From Ignavibacteriales bacterium CG18_big_fil_WC_8_21_14_2_50_31_20 (lineage in GTDB: Bacteria; Bacteroidota; Ignavibacteria; Ignavibacteriales; Melioribacteraceae), in NCBI GenBank assembly GCA_002786785.1, contig PCUD01000008.1:212-64211 (forward strand): a DNA stretch of 64,000 nucleotides, written 5' to 3'. Made by a program: the position numbers and the translations under genes. Positions 19,885 to 30,582 of this stretch are shown in pieces; the stretch's first letter is position 1; each line of letters starts with the position of its first letter. A model generated the notes under the pieces. That model did no database searches, was not told the DNA's origin, and saw only the letters and a list, made by a program, of their open reading frames with translations.

Positions 19885-22452
19885 TTGGATAAGAATTTGA
19901 TGAATATCAAAAACATTTTTTATTATGCTATACTTTTAGCATTGTTTCTTAGCTCTATTATTATTTCACAAGTGGATGATAATCTTAAAATAATTAGCAC
20001 AAAAGAAGTCGGTCAAATTGAAGTTGGTGGACCTTTTGTTGGAATTGAAATACACAAAAGTTTCCCTATGATTAATAGGATAAGCTTTTATTATCCAGTT
20101 GCCAATAGCATTGATATTAGTGAAGACTATTGGAAACGTGAGCAATATAGAATTATGTCAATGGGATTAAAAGTTGGGGATAATCCTAAGATCATGCTCA
20201 AAGAGGAGACTTGGAAAGTAAATCAAACTCCATACGATGTTGAATTCAGCAAGGATTTGCAGAGATCTGGAATTAATATTAAATATGAATTCTGTAAAAA
20301 TATACCAGCAATGAGTGCTGAATTTACAATTGAAAACAAATCCGATTCAGTTAAAATATATGAAGTGTATCTCAAGTATGAATCAATCTTAAAAACAAGT
20401 CATACTTATGCAAAGCTTGATAGTGGTGTTACAAACTTTCGTGAAAATGGTAAATTAATTTCTATCGATTATTACGAAGCCCAAGCTGGTAATGCACAAG
20501 TATTCTTTTATAATGCTGGTGAAGAACCCAGTTATTGTGCTTCAAAATTTGTTGAAGGTAACGACTCTAATCCCGATGATTATTGGTTAAACTCATCTGA
20601 ACCATTTGAACAAAAAGGAAAGGATTCAAAACCAGTTGTAGCCTTTGTGTATAAGAAAGAACTAGAGCCTGGAGAGAGTTTCCAAATAACAAATCTTATT
20701 GGTTCCGTAAATATTAGTGAATCTAAAAGTATAATTTCTAAATTATCGAAGGATTATAAAAAAGAAATTATTGATTATAAAAATTACATTTTAGATAATT
20801 CCACCAACAAAGAAATAATCAAAACGGGAAACGAAAATATTGATTTCACAACCGATTGGGCGTTGGCGGTTTTGGCAACAAATGCGCATTATATTGATTC
20901 AACAATTGTTCCAATGCCAGCGCAGGCTGAATACAATTTCTATTTTACACACGATGCACTTCTTACTGATTTAGCGGCTGTAAATTTTGATTTGAATAGA
21001 GTGAAAAATGATCTCACATTTATTATAAAGCATGCAGATGCAAATAATGTAATTCCCCATGCATATTATTGGAAAGATGGAGAATATAAAACTGAATATG
21101 CTGGCACAGAAAACTGGAATCATTTTTGGTTTACACTTCTTTGCTCGCGTTATTTAAAGCATTCTGGAGATTTAGAATTTGCGAAAACTCTGTATCCATA
21201 CGTTCAACAAAGTATTAATACAGCAATGAAGAATAAAGAAAATAATCTAATGTACTCCTTTCGTCCAGATTGGTGGGATATTGGCAGCAACTACGGACCA
21301 AGAGCATACATGACTATCCTTGCAATTAAAGCTCTTAGAGAGTACTGTTATTTTGCTTCAGAATTAAATATTGATGCCAATGAAATTCAGAAATATCAAG
21401 AAATATCAGATTCACTTAATTCCAATCTTAATAATAAATTATGGAACAAAGAATTAAATTATCTAACCAATTTCTTTGAAGATGGTACAGAGGATAAACA
21501 TATTTACATGGGTTCAATGCTTGCGTCGCATTTTGGATTATTGGATGATGAGAAAAATTATCACCTAATGGAAACTGCCAAAAAATATCTGTTGGATGAA
21601 AAATTAGGTGTTTACACTCTTTATCCAATGGACTTAAACAAACTAGCTGATTATATGGGCTTTGTTGAAGGTGAAGCTGGTGAGCCATATTATTATGCAA
21701 ACGGAGGAATTTGGCCTCATGGTAATTCGTGGTATTTGCTAGGATTGATTAGCAATAAACAGTTTGAAGAAGCTTATAATTTTATGATGAAAATAATGAC
21801 TATGGATGGAGTAATTAATAGTCCAAACGGTCAGCCGGCAATGTATGAATATAGAATTAGCGACAAAAACAATTTAGATAATTATGGAAAGATTGATAAA
21901 CCTCAGTTTTTATGGGCTGGTGGTTGGTACATTTATTCACTTTATAATCTGTTTGGCATAAAAGAAAACAATTGGAATATTTCGCTGGAACCATTTTTAC
22001 CAAATGATATTGATTCAGTAAATCTAAATATTATGGTAAAAGGTACACTGATTCCTATATCAATTAATGGAAAAGGGAAATATATTTCGTCAATTATGTA
22101 TGATACAAAAGTTGTTCCTTCATATATTTTTAATGATGATAACACAGATTGCACAAAGATGTCTCTAGAATTAGGTGAGCTAAAGATGCCAATGATTTTA
22201 AAAGCCGAAACTAAAATCATTAATCCAATTTACTCATCAGAAAGGAAATTACTAGAATTTATAACTAATTCTTTTTCAGGCAACCAAGTTGCGATAGAAA
22301 TTATATCACCTTTTTCTGTAAATAAAGTGTTGAACAATAAAATGGAAATTGAGCTTTTTAAGCAAAGTAAATTGGAAGATGAAAATTATAAAATACATCT
22401 TCGCTACACTCAGAACTCGAAAGGGAATAAAATAGAATTAAGTTTTAACTAA
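19885..22452 (+). CDS. Secreted (alpha/alpha)6-barrel glycoside hydrolase-like protein (glycogen-debranching/GDE_C-like fold)
   Basis: Has a signal peptide; the start is TTG 19885 or ATG 19900. The segments HAYYWKDGEY...NWNHFWFTLL...YYYANGGIWPHGNSWYLLGL are typical of six-hairpin glycosidases. Confidence 0.55.
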   Translation: MDKNLMNIKNIFYYAILLALFLSSIIISQVDDNLKIISTKEVGQIEVGGPFVGIEIHKSFPMINRISFYYPVANSIDISEDYWKREQYRIMSMGLKVGDNPKIMLKEETWKVNQTPYDVEFSKDLQRSGINIKYEFCKNIPAMSAEFTIENKSDSVKIYEVYLKYESILKTSHTYAKLDSGVTNFRENGKLISIDYYEAQAGNAQVFFYNAGEEPSYCASKFVEGNDSNPDDYWLNSSEPFEQKGKDSKPVVAFVYKKELEPGESFQITNLIGSVNISESKSIISKLSKDYKKEIIDYKNYILDNSTNKEIIKTGNENIDFTTDWALAVLATNAHYIDSTIVPMPAQAEYNFYFTHDALLTDLAAVNFDLNRVKNDLTFIIKHADANNVIPHAYYWKDGEYKTEYAGTENWNHFWFTLLCSRYLKHSGDLEFAKTLYPYVQQSINTAMKNKENNLMYSFRPDWWDIGSNYGPRAYMTILAIKALREYCYFASELNIDANEIQKYQEISDSLNSNLNNKLWNKELNYLTNFFEDGTEDKHIYMGSMLASHFGLLDDEKNYHLMETAKKYLLDEKLGVYTLYPMDLNKLADYMGFVEGEAGEPYYYANGGIWPHGNSWYLLGLISNKQFEEAYNFMMKIMTMDGVINSPNGQPAMYEYRISDKNNLDNYGKIDKPQFLWAGGWYIYSLYNLFGIKENNWNISLEPFLPNDIDSVNLNIMVKGTLIPISINGKGKYISSIMYDTKVVPSYIFNDDNTDCTKMSLELGELKMPMILKAETKIINPIYSSERKLLEFITNSFSGNQVAIEIISPFSVNKVLNNKMEIELFKQSKLEDENYKIHLRYTQNSKGNKIELSFN

Positions 22453-22467
22453 ATAATAAGGTTAACA

Positions 22468-23562
22468 ATGGCGCATGTTGAATTAAGAAATATATCAAAG
22501 ATATATGATGGAAAAGCTAAAGCAGTTAATAGTGTAAGTTTTGAAATAAAAGATAAGGAATTTGTTGTTTTGGTTGGTCCTTCTGGTTGCGGAAAATCTA
22601 CAACTCTAAGAATGGTTGCTGGTCTTGAAGAAATCACAAGTGGTGAATTATATATCGATGATAAGCTAGTAAATGAAGTGCCACCTAAAGATAGAGACAT
22701 AGCAATGGTATTCCAGAATTATGCTCTTTATCCACACATGTCAGTTTATGATAACATGGCATTTGGACTAAAAATAAGAAAATATAGCAAAGACGAGATT
22801 AAAAAGAGAGTTGATGAAGCATCAAACATTTTGGGACTGAATGATTTACTACAACGGAAGCCAAAACAGCTCTCTGGCGGGCAACGTCAGCGTGTAGCAT
22901 TAGGTAGAGCAATTGTTAGGAAGCCAAAAGTATTTCTATTTGATGAACCTCTAAGCAACTTAGATGCAAAACTTCGTGTTCAGATGAGAACAGAAATATC
23001 CAAACTTCACAAAAAGTTAGAAGCTACAATGATTTATGTTACGCACGATCAAACAGAAGCAATGACAATGGGAGATAGAATTGTTGTAATGAAAGATGGA
23101 TTTATAAACCAAATAGCTTCACCAATGGATTTGTACAATTATCCCCAAAATAAATTTGTAGCCGGTTTTATTGGAAGCCCATCAATGAATTTTATTGATG
23201 GAAAAATTATATCAGAATCTGGATTGTTTTTTGTAAGTTCTGATAAATCAATAAAAATTCCATTATTAAAATCACATACTGAAAAATTAGAAAAATGTAT
23301 TAACGCTGAAGTTACTATTGGCATAAGACCAGAAAATATTTCTTTATCCAAAAGTGAAGAAGAAGATTATCAAATATCAACTACCATGGACGTTGTTGAG
23401 CCGATGGGCAATGAAATAATTATTTATTTTAGCATTGGTGAAAACCCATTGATTGGCAGAGTTCAATCAAATCAAATGCTAAATACCAATTTCAATTATA
23501 ATCTTTATCTAAATTTAGGGAAATTACATTTCTTTGAAGCTGGAACAGAGAATGTAATTTGA
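22468..23562 (+). CDS. Sugar ABC transporter ATP-binding protein (MalK/MsmK/UgpC type)
   Basis: Walker A GPSGCGKST, Q-loop, signature LSGGQRQR, Walker B VFLFDEPLSNLD, H-loop YVTHDQ, and a C-terminal TOBE-like regulatory domain. Confidence 0.92.
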   Translation: MAHVELRNISKIYDGKAKAVNSVSFEIKDKEFVVLVGPSGCGKSTTLRMVAGLEEITSGELYIDDKLVNEVPPKDRDIAMVFQNYALYPHMSVYDNMAFGLKIRKYSKDEIKKRVDEASNILGLNDLLQRKPKQLSGGQRQRVALGRAIVRKPKVFLFDEPLSNLDAKLRVQMRTEISKLHKKLEATMIYVTHDQTEAMTMGDRIVVMKDGFINQIASPMDLYNYPQNKFVAGFIGSPSMNFIDGKIISESGLFFVSSDKSIKIPLLKSHTEKLEKCINAEVTIGIRPENISLSKSEEEDYQISTTMDVVEPMGNEIIIYFSIGENPLIGRVQSNQMLNTNFNYNLYLNLGKLHFFEAGTENVI

Positions 23563-23661
23563 TGAAAATATATAATTAGTTCACCATTTTAAAAAAATAT
23601 ATTAAAATAATCTTCATAAATTTGTTATTCTTTTGAAACTATTTTAGTATTTAGGTTATAT

Positions 23662-25944
23662 TTGCAAGTTCTTTTATTAAAGTATTATAGGATTATTATT
23701 AAACAAAATATTAAAAATAAAATAAGTTTCTATTTATTATTTCTCTTACTAACATTTTTTACTTCACACACTTTTAGCCAAAATTCAGGTAAAATTAGAG
23801 GAACTATTACAGATGAGGCAAATGGAGAAGTATTAGCATTTGGAAATGTGTTAATCGAAGAACTAAATATTGGGGTCACCACAAATGACAAAGGTTATTA
23901 TTATATATCTTCACTGCCAGTAAATACAAACGTTTCATTAGTAGTTTCCTATGTAGGATATGAAAGCAGGAAAATTGAATTTTATGTTTATCCAGATAAA
24001 ATTAACAAATTGGATATTCAGTTATCTTCTTCTAGCGTTATTTTGCAAACTGTTGAGAAAATTGGTGAGAAAATAGTTGAAAAAAACGAAACTGATATAA
24101 GTCTCGAAAGAATTTCGGTAAGGGAATTAGAGGCAATACCAAAAGGAGTTGAGACTGATGTGTTTAGGTCTTTACAATATGTTCCTGGTGTTAATTTTAC
24201 TGCTGATTTGTCCGCAAGATATTATGTTAGAGGGGGAGATAGTAACCAAAATCTTGTTCTTGTGAATGGAGCAAATGTTTACAACTCCTTTCATGCAATG
24301 GGACTTTTTAGTGTTATAGATCCAGAAATGATTAATACAATGGAGTTTTATAAAGGAGGCTATACTTCCGAGTATGGTGGAAGATTATCATCTGTTTTAA
24401 ATTTAGTTACCAAAGATGGTAATAGAACTCGATATTCTGGTAAAGCCGCTGTAAGTTTTCTTACTGCAAAAGGAGTTGTTGAAGGTCCAATCCCAAATGG
24501 TTCATTTATTATTACTGGTCGCAAAAGTCATAGCACAAGTGTACTAAAAAATTTTTTTAATGATGAAACCGCACCATTTAATTTTTATGACGCTTCATTT
24601 AAAATTAATTTTAGTAATCCAAATTTTATCTCTGGATCAAAGATAATCTTTCATGGTTTCTTGAGTAAAGATAAATTAGAGTTTAATAATCCTCTAAGAG
24701 AAGATTATAACTGGTCTAATAACATTTTCGGCTTTTCTTGGTTTCAAGTTTACGATATTCCACTTTTTTCAGAAATTAGTTATACTACAAACAATTTTCA
24801 AGGTAAAGTTCTTCCAAATTTTAGCTCAACAAGGGAAAAAGAAAGTCAATTAATTGAGCATAAAATTGATTTGATATTTAATTATATAATAGATAATAAA
24901 AACGAAGTTGAGGCAGGGTTTCAAATAACAAATCTTCAAACAAAACTTTTTATTGAAAACTTATTAGGTGTTTATTCCAATATTGATGAAAAAGGCATTA
25001 ATATTAGTTTATTTGCAAAATATAAATTGTTACAATATGATGAATTTGGGCTAGACGTTGGTTTAAGATATAATGTAGCTGGTTTAACTAGAGCTGGAAC
25101 CGGATTTATTGAACCAAGAATCTCATTTACTTATACACCAAATCCAGTAATTGCTTTTAAAGTCTTCTGGGGTAGGTTCCAACAAGAAATAACTACAATA
25201 TCAAATGAAAATGAGGTTATTAATGTTTTTGAACCATATATTTTAGTTCCAAAGTATCTTAAAACCCCACAGGCAGAACATTATAACGCTGGTGTGACAT
25301 TTTATTTAACTGAAAAAATTAATTTAGTTAGCGAAGTATATTATAAAAAATCAAAAAATATTACTGAAATAAATTATGATAAGAAATTTGCATCTGATTA
25401 TGATCTTGTGAATGGAGAAGCAGAATCTTATGGGTTTGAAAATGAACTAAATTATTCAAATCCCTTAATGCATTTTTCCATTGGATATACATTAGCTTAT
25501 TCGTACAAGACAGTTAATAATTGGACTTATTACCCAAGATATGATTCAAGGCATACACTTAATTGTGCCCTTGAAGTAAATATTGGAAGTGGATGGAAAT
25601 CAATGTTGACTTGGACATATAAATCTGGTCTACCTTACACTCCAATAATCGGGTATTATGAAAAGTTATTTCTTGATCCTGCTGAATTTAATACTAATAT
25701 TTATAATTATTATTTCCCTCATTCAGTGTTGGGTGATAAAAACATTTCACGTTTACCGTCATATCATAGAATGGATGTGGGTGTTTCTAAAATTTTTGAT
25801 TTAAATTATTTTAAAGTAAATATTGATGCAAGTATTACAAACATTTATAACCGAAAAAATATGTTTTATTATGATAGAAGTACAGGTGAAAGAGTCAATA
25901 TGCTACCGTTTTTTGTCTCAATTAATGCTAAGGTTGAAATATGA
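23662..25944 (+). CDS. TonB-dependent outer-membrane receptor with an N-terminal carboxypeptidase-regulatory-like domain
   Basis: GKIRGTITDEANGEVLAFGNVLI...VVSYVGYESRKI is the CarbopepD_reg-like part. The plug region reads ELEAIPKGVETDVFRSLQYVPGV...YYVRGGDSNQNLVLVNG. There is a long beta-barrel. The start codon is uncertain because there is no in-frame ATG near the signal peptide. Confidence 0.8.
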   Translation: MQVLLLKYYRIIIKQNIKNKISFYLLFLLLTFFTSHTFSQNSGKIRGTITDEANGEVLAFGNVLIEELNIGVTTNDKGYYYISSLPVNTNVSLVVSYVGYESRKIEFYVYPDKINKLDIQLSSSSVILQTVEKIGEKIVEKNETDISLERISVRELEAIPKGVETDVFRSLQYVPGVNFTADLSARYYVRGGDSNQNLVLVNGANVYNSFHAMGLFSVIDPEMINTMEFYKGGYTSEYGGRLSSVLNLVTKDGNRTRYSGKAAVSFLTAKGVVEGPIPNGSFIITGRKSHSTSVLKNFFNDETAPFNFYDASFKINFSNPNFISGSKIIFHGFLSKDKLEFNNPLREDYNWSNNIFGFSWFQVYDIPLFSEISYTTNNFQGKVLPNFSSTREKESQLIEHKIDLIFNYIIDNKNEVEAGFQITNLQTKLFIENLLGVYSNIDEKGINISLFAKYKLLQYDEFGLDVGLRYNVAGLTRAGTGFIEPRISFTYTPNPVIAFKVFWGRFQQEITTISNENEVINVFEPYILVPKYLKTPQAEHYNAGVTFYLTEKINLVSEVYYKKSKNITEINYDKKFASDYDLVNGEAESYGFENELNYSNPLMHFSIGYTLAYSYKTVNNWTYYPRYDSRHTLNCALEVNIGSGWKSMLTWTYKSGLPYTPIIGYYEKLFLDPAEFNTNIYNYYFPHSVLGDKNISRLPSYHRMDVGVSKIFDLNYFKVNIDASITNIYNRKNMFYYDRSTGERVNMLPFFVSINAKVEI

Positions 25945-26903
25945 GAATAACATATTTTGTAATTATAATTCTCATTTTCACATTATTCATTTCTTGTGAT
26001 GAAAGCTTTAGTCCAAAGGCACCTTATGACGAAAGATACTCATTAAATTGTATTATCCGTGGAGATACGTCTTTTCAAGTGGCAACTACCTATAAAAGTT
26101 ACAACGTTCCAAATATTAATCCTTACGAGAACAATGAGGATTCCTTCATTGATGGAGCATTTATTAGGATTTGGAGAGGTAATGATGAAATATCCATTTT
26201 TAGAGATTCAACAATGGAGAGAAATGATAAATCTAAATTTAATTCAGACATCAAATATTATTACATTAATGGTTTCATTCCTAATGAAGGAGACTCTTTA
26301 GAAATTGAAGCTTTACTTCCAAATGGCAGAAGATTACGCTCAAATACAAAAATACCATTCGGTGTAAAAAGGAATGAACATAATAGTGATTTGATAGTTA
26401 CAAGATCATCTAAGGATTTTATTAGAACAAACTGGATTATTAAAAATCAAAACCAAATTTATTTACCTAAGCTATTTATAGACTATTTAGAAAATGAAAA
26501 TGGGGTTAATATTAGGAAAGAAAAGATAATTCCTTGGAAGAAATTGAAAGTTAATGATGCTATTAAATATATTTATCCATCACCATCTGGGGATTATTTT
26601 ATAGATTATGATATTGATATTATAAGAGAAGCTATGGAGGATATTTCAAAAAATGATACCGAAAAAGAGAAATACACAATTATTTCTATAATACTCGAGT
26701 TATCAGTTTTTGATGAAAATCTTACAACTTATTATTTTACAGTTGGTTTGGATGGTAATTCATTTGCAATTGGGCTTGATGAAGGGGATTATAGTAACAT
26801 TGAGAATGGATTTGGAATATTTGGTTCATTTTTTACACAAAAATTTAAAATAGGATTATCAAAACCTTATGTAAATAGTTTTGGTTATATATTCTATGAA
26901 TAA
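25941..26903 (+). CDS. DUF4249-like lipoprotein (usual partner of this receptor class)
   Basis: ATGA overlap with the receptor gene. Lipobox FTLFISC. The C-terminal NIENGFGIFGSF resembles the conserved end of DUF4249 proteins. Confidence 0.5.
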   Translation: MRITYFVIIILIFTLFISCDESFSPKAPYDERYSLNCIIRGDTSFQVATTYKSYNVPNINPYENNEDSFIDGAFIRIWRGNDEISIFRDSTMERNDKSKFNSDIKYYYINGFIPNEGDSLEIEALLPNGRRLRSNTKIPFGVKRNEHNSDLIVTRSSKDFIRTNWIIKNQNQIYLPKLFIDYLENENGVNIRKEKIIPWKKLKVNDAIKYIYPSPSGDYFIDYDIDIIREAMEDISKNDTEKEKYTIISIILELSVFDENLTTYYFTVGLDGNSFAIGLDEGDYSNIENGFGIFGSFFTQKFKIGLSKPYVNSFGYIFYE

Positions 26904-26908
26904 ATGAG

Positions 26909-28378
26909 ATGAAAATGAAAATTGGAAAAAATATATTTATTACGCTTTACACTTTATTGTTCATATTATTTTCATATAGTTGTGAGCAAGATATATCTGT
27001 AACTCCACCAACTAAACCAGTTCCACTGGGTTCAGTAATTATTCAATCTGAACCTAAAGGTGCAATGATTTATGAAGATGGCAGAATTTCCGGTATTCTT
27101 ACACCTGATACACTTAATTGGTTGGAAGAAAGAGAGTATTATTTTACTTTACAAAAGAAATATCATAAAGATACTTCTTTTGTTTTGTCTGCTTTGGTAG
27201 ATTCAAGTGCAAAGATTTTTATTGATTACTATAAAAATCCAACAATGTTGGGAAGTGCCAACTTTTCATCAACTCCTAATAATTCAAAGGTATATTTAAA
27301 TAATAATTACTTAGGAACTACGCCATTTTCAATACCAAAACTTAAACCAGGTGCGTTTTACTATGTTTTCCAAAAAGATAATCATAGGTGTGATAGTATT
27401 TTAGTTCCCGTTTATAGTAGTAGAACAGCAACAGCAAAGATAGAATTAACAGATACGACTTATTGGGTTGATTATTCGGATAGAACATCAGAAATTCATG
27501 ATTTTGCACTACTTTCAGTTGCTGTTGATCAAGATGATGTTGTTTGGGTAGGTTCCAATAATGGAGTATCAAGTTTTGATGGAAAGCAATGGAAATATTA
27601 CTCTATCAATAACTCAGGTTTAAGTGGAATGATTATCAATAGAATTAAAGTTGATAAATACAACAATAAATGGTTTGCAACAGATAATGGTATAAGCAAA
27701 TATGATGGTAGTACCTGGATTAATGAATCGAAACAAACAAGTTCAACATTTCCAGATAATTGGGTTGAAGATATTGAGTTACTAGATGACGGTCGAAAAA
27801 TTATTGCTACAAAAAATGGTTTAGGAAGATCATTCGATAATGGCTGGAATGTTTCAAGATTTTCAGCATATGCCGATTCAAATTGGATTACCGATGTTGA
27901 TGTTAAAGGTGATGATATTTGGGTTACTCACAAAAATAAAGGAGTACTACATTTGGGTACTGGTAGGGAATGGGAGTGGTTTTTTTACTATCCAGCACGT
28001 TATGATAAGGCAACAGAATATAATTGTGTTACGATTGCGGAAGATGTAGTTTGGTTTGGCCATAAAATTGAATATTATAGTGCAATGACTGGATTATCTT
28101 CGTTTAAAAATGAGAGATTTGATAAAAGCAGTTATAAAGCATTTTGGGGAATTGATGTTTATAATATTATAATTAAAAATGGCAATGAAAAATGGATTGC
28201 TACTAGAGATGGATTATTTGTTTTTGAAAATTATAATAATCGAAAATTTTACTCTACACAAAATACACCATTAAAAGAAGATAGAATATTTGATGTCGCT
28301 TTTGATTCAAAAGGTGATGCTTGGATTGCTACTTTTGGCGCTGGTCTATATCATTTTAAAGTTACTCAATTAAAATAA
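26909..28378 (+). CDS. Lipoprotein with two PEGA-like domains and two-component-regulator-type beta-propeller repeats, but no output domain
   Basis: Lipobox FSYSC. PEGA-like segments are VIIQSEPKGAMIYEDGRISGILTPDTL and FSSTPNNSKVYLNNNYLGTTPFSI. Repeated W..T..G(L/V)..(F/Y)DG motifs follow (VWVGSNNGVSSFDGKQW, KWFATDNGISKYDGSTW, KWIATRDGLFVFEN, AWIATFGAGLYHF). Confidence 0.55.
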   Translation: MKMKIGKNIFITLYTLLFILFSYSCEQDISVTPPTKPVPLGSVIIQSEPKGAMIYEDGRISGILTPDTLNWLEEREYYFTLQKKYHKDTSFVLSALVDSSAKIFIDYYKNPTMLGSANFSSTPNNSKVYLNNNYLGTTPFSIPKLKPGAFYYVFQKDNHRCDSILVPVYSSRTATAKIELTDTTYWVDYSDRTSEIHDFALLSVAVDQDDVVWVGSNNGVSSFDGKQWKYYSINNSGLSGMIINRIKVDKYNNKWFATDNGISKYDGSTWINESKQTSSTFPDNWVEDIELLDDGRKIIATKNGLGRSFDNGWNVSRFSAYADSNWITDVDVKGDDIWVTHKNKGVLHLGTGREWEWFFYYPARYDKATEYNCVTIAEDVVWFGHKIEYYSAMTGLSSFKNERFDKSSYKAFWGIDVYNIIIKNGNEKWIATRDGLFVFENYNNRKFYSTQNTPLKEDRIFDVAFDSKGDAWIATFGAGLYHFKVTQLK

Positions 28379-28548
28379 ACAAGCCTTATTCATTGAAATC
28401 TGCGTGGTTCAATTTCCCATTTATTGTTTAGCTAAATTAATATTTAATTAAAAGAGAGCTAAAAATATTTTTATAATAATATTTATAATCTTGCATAATT
28501 ATTTAAGTGAAACTAAATTTGATTATTGAAAAATAATTTGGTGAAAAA

Positions 28549-29454
28549 TTGAACCCATTACACAATTTAATTGTTGAAACCGTAAAAATAATGCCTAAAT
28601 CCATTATTTATTTATTTGCAAAAAAATATATTGCAGGTAAAACACTCTCTAACGGCGTTGCTGTTGCTAAAGATTTAAACTCTAAAGGAATTATGACAAC
28701 AATGGATGTTCTTGGTGAATCCGTTCGTCAAAAAGAAGATGCCATTAATTTTGTTAATCAATTTTTAGAGCTTTTGGATACTATTGAAAAAGAAAAGCTT
28801 AATTCTAATATCTCAACAAAACCTACTCAATTAGGTTTAAATATTGATTTCGATTTTTGTGTTGTACAGTATGAAAAAATAATTGAGCGTGCAAAAATGT
28901 ACAATAATTTTGTTCGGATTGATATGGAAGATTCTTCGACAACTGATAGTATAATTAAACTTTATACAAAATTATATCAAAAATTTCCTCAAAATGTTGG
29001 TATTGTAGTTCAAGCATATTTGCATCGAACAATTGATGATGTTCGTGAAATGGACAAAATTAAGACAAATTATCGTCTGTGCAAAGGTATTTACATTGAG
29101 CCAAAAGAAATTGCTTATAAAGAAAAAAAGGAAGTACGTGATAATTTTATTAAAAATCTAAATCTAATGCTCGATGATGGTTGTTATGTAGGTATTGCAA
29201 CTCATGACAAGCCAATAATTGATAAAGCTTTTGAGATTATCAAAACTCATAAACTATCAAAAGACAAATATGAGTTTCAGATGCTTTATGGCGTAACAGA
29301 AAATTTACGTAAGCAGATATTAGATAATGGCCACAGAATGAGAGTTTATGTTCCTTTTGGGGACCAATGGTATTATTATGCTATTCGTCGTTTGCAAGAA
29401 AATCCACAAGTAGCTTGGACAATGTTTAAGAGCTTTTTGCCATTTACAAAATAA
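28549..29454 (+). CDS. Proline dehydrogenase (monofunctional PutA-like)
   Basis: YIAGKTL..A....L...G...TMDVLGE, YEFQMLYGV and RVYVPFGDQWYYYAIRRLQENP are family signatures. The start is either TTG 28549 or ATG 28591. Confidence 0.8.
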   Translation: MNPLHNLIVETVKIMPKSIIYLFAKKYIAGKTLSNGVAVAKDLNSKGIMTTMDVLGESVRQKEDAINFVNQFLELLDTIEKEKLNSNISTKPTQLGLNIDFDFCVVQYEKIIERAKMYNNFVRIDMEDSSTTDSIIKLYTKLYQKFPQNVGIVVQAYLHRTIDDVREMDKIKTNYRLCKGIYIEPKEIAYKEKKEVRDNFIKNLNLMLDDGCYVGIATHDKPIIDKAFEIIKTHKLSKDKYEFQMLYGVTENLRKQILDNGHRMRVYVPFGDQWYYYAIRRLQENPQVAWTMFKSFLPFTK

Positions 29455-29466
29455 TTAAAGGATTTA

Positions 29467-30486
29467 ATGACAATACTTGGACTCGAATCTTCGTGTGATG
29501 AAACTTCAGTTTCCATTATTAGAGATGGTGAAATTTTATCAAATCTTATTTCTTCGCAACATTTTCACTTAAAATATGGTGGGGTGGTTCCTGAGCTCTC
29601 AAGTAGAGCTCACCTACAAATGATATCTCCTTTATTCAAAAAGGCTTTGGAAGAAGCAAACATTGAAAAAGAAGAAATTGATTTAGTTTCAGCTACTGCG
29701 GGTCCTGGTTTAATAGGAGCACTACTTGTCGGACTAAATTTTGGGAAAGCACTTTCTTATTCATTGAATAAACCATTTATTGCAGTTAATCATATCGAAG
29801 GTCATATTTTTTCATGTTTTTTGATGGAAGAAAAACCAGAATATCCAATTTTATCACTTGTCGTTTCCGGTGGTCATACACTTTTGCTTTTGGTTAAGGA
29901 TGATTTAAATATTGTTAAACTTGGCTCTACTATTGATGATGCTGCTGGTGAAGCTTTTGATAAAGTTGCAAAAATGATTGGGCTTGGATATCCTGGCGGC
30001 CCAAAAGTTCAAGAATATTCCGAAAAGGGAAATCCAAAGGCAATAAAATTCCCAGTTGCTAACCTAAAAGGGGAGTATGATTTTTCTTTTAGTGGACTAA
30101 AAACTTCTGTATTAAGGTATATTCAAAAAGAATATCCAATTTTAGAAAAGATCACAGAAGATGAAAAATCAAATATTGCAGCTTCATTCCAAGATGCAGT
30201 TGTTAAAGCATTAAGCAATAATGTTAAAAAAGCAATTTTAAATTATGAAATTAAAACACTATCAGTTGTCGGCGGTGTTGCTGCAAATAAGGCTATTCGA
30301 AATAAATTAATACAATTAGCTAAAAAATTTAACAAAAAAATAGTAATTCCAGATATTGAATTTTGTGGAGATAATGCAGCAATGATTGCATACCGAGCAG
30401 GTAAACTTTTTGAAAACAATATTATTTCTGATTTAAATGCTGTTGCTTTTCCAGCTTTACCAAAAAATGCTTTTATTGCTAATTAA
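29467..30486 (+). CDS. tsaD: tRNA N6-adenosine threonylcarbamoyltransferase
   Basis: ILGLESSCDETSVSII, the His motif VNHIEGHI, VSGGHT, GYPGGP and VVGGVAANK are characteristic Kae1/TsaD blocks. Confidence 0.93.
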   Translation: MTILGLESSCDETSVSIIRDGEILSNLISSQHFHLKYGGVVPELSSRAHLQMISPLFKKALEEANIEKEEIDLVSATAGPGLIGALLVGLNFGKALSYSLNKPFIAVNHIEGHIFSCFLMEEKPEYPILSLVVSGGHTLLLLVKDDLNIVKLGSTIDDAAGEAFDKVAKMIGLGYPGGPKVQEYSEKGNPKAIKFPVANLKGEYDFSFSGLKTSVLRYIQKEYPILEKITEDEKSNIAASFQDAVVKALSNNVKKAILNYEIKTLSVVGGVAANKAIRNKLIQLAKKFNKKIVIPDIEFCGDNAAMIAYRAGKLFENNIISDLNAVAFPALPKNAFIAN

Positions 30487-30582
30487 ATATCAATGATTGA
30501 TTTTAAATTAAAAAATATATTTATTTGTTCAATTATTCCTTTATATTAAAGAAGAATTAAATCATTTTTTGAGTGTGTTTTC

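Noticed and set aside
23617-23664. Bacteroidetes-type -7 promoter motifs TAnnTTTG: taaatttg at 23617, tatatttg at 23657 and tagatttg at 31954.
   Set aside because: Such 8-mers are expected by chance in DNA this AT-rich. It is also unknown whether this lineage uses that promoter type. Not reported as features.
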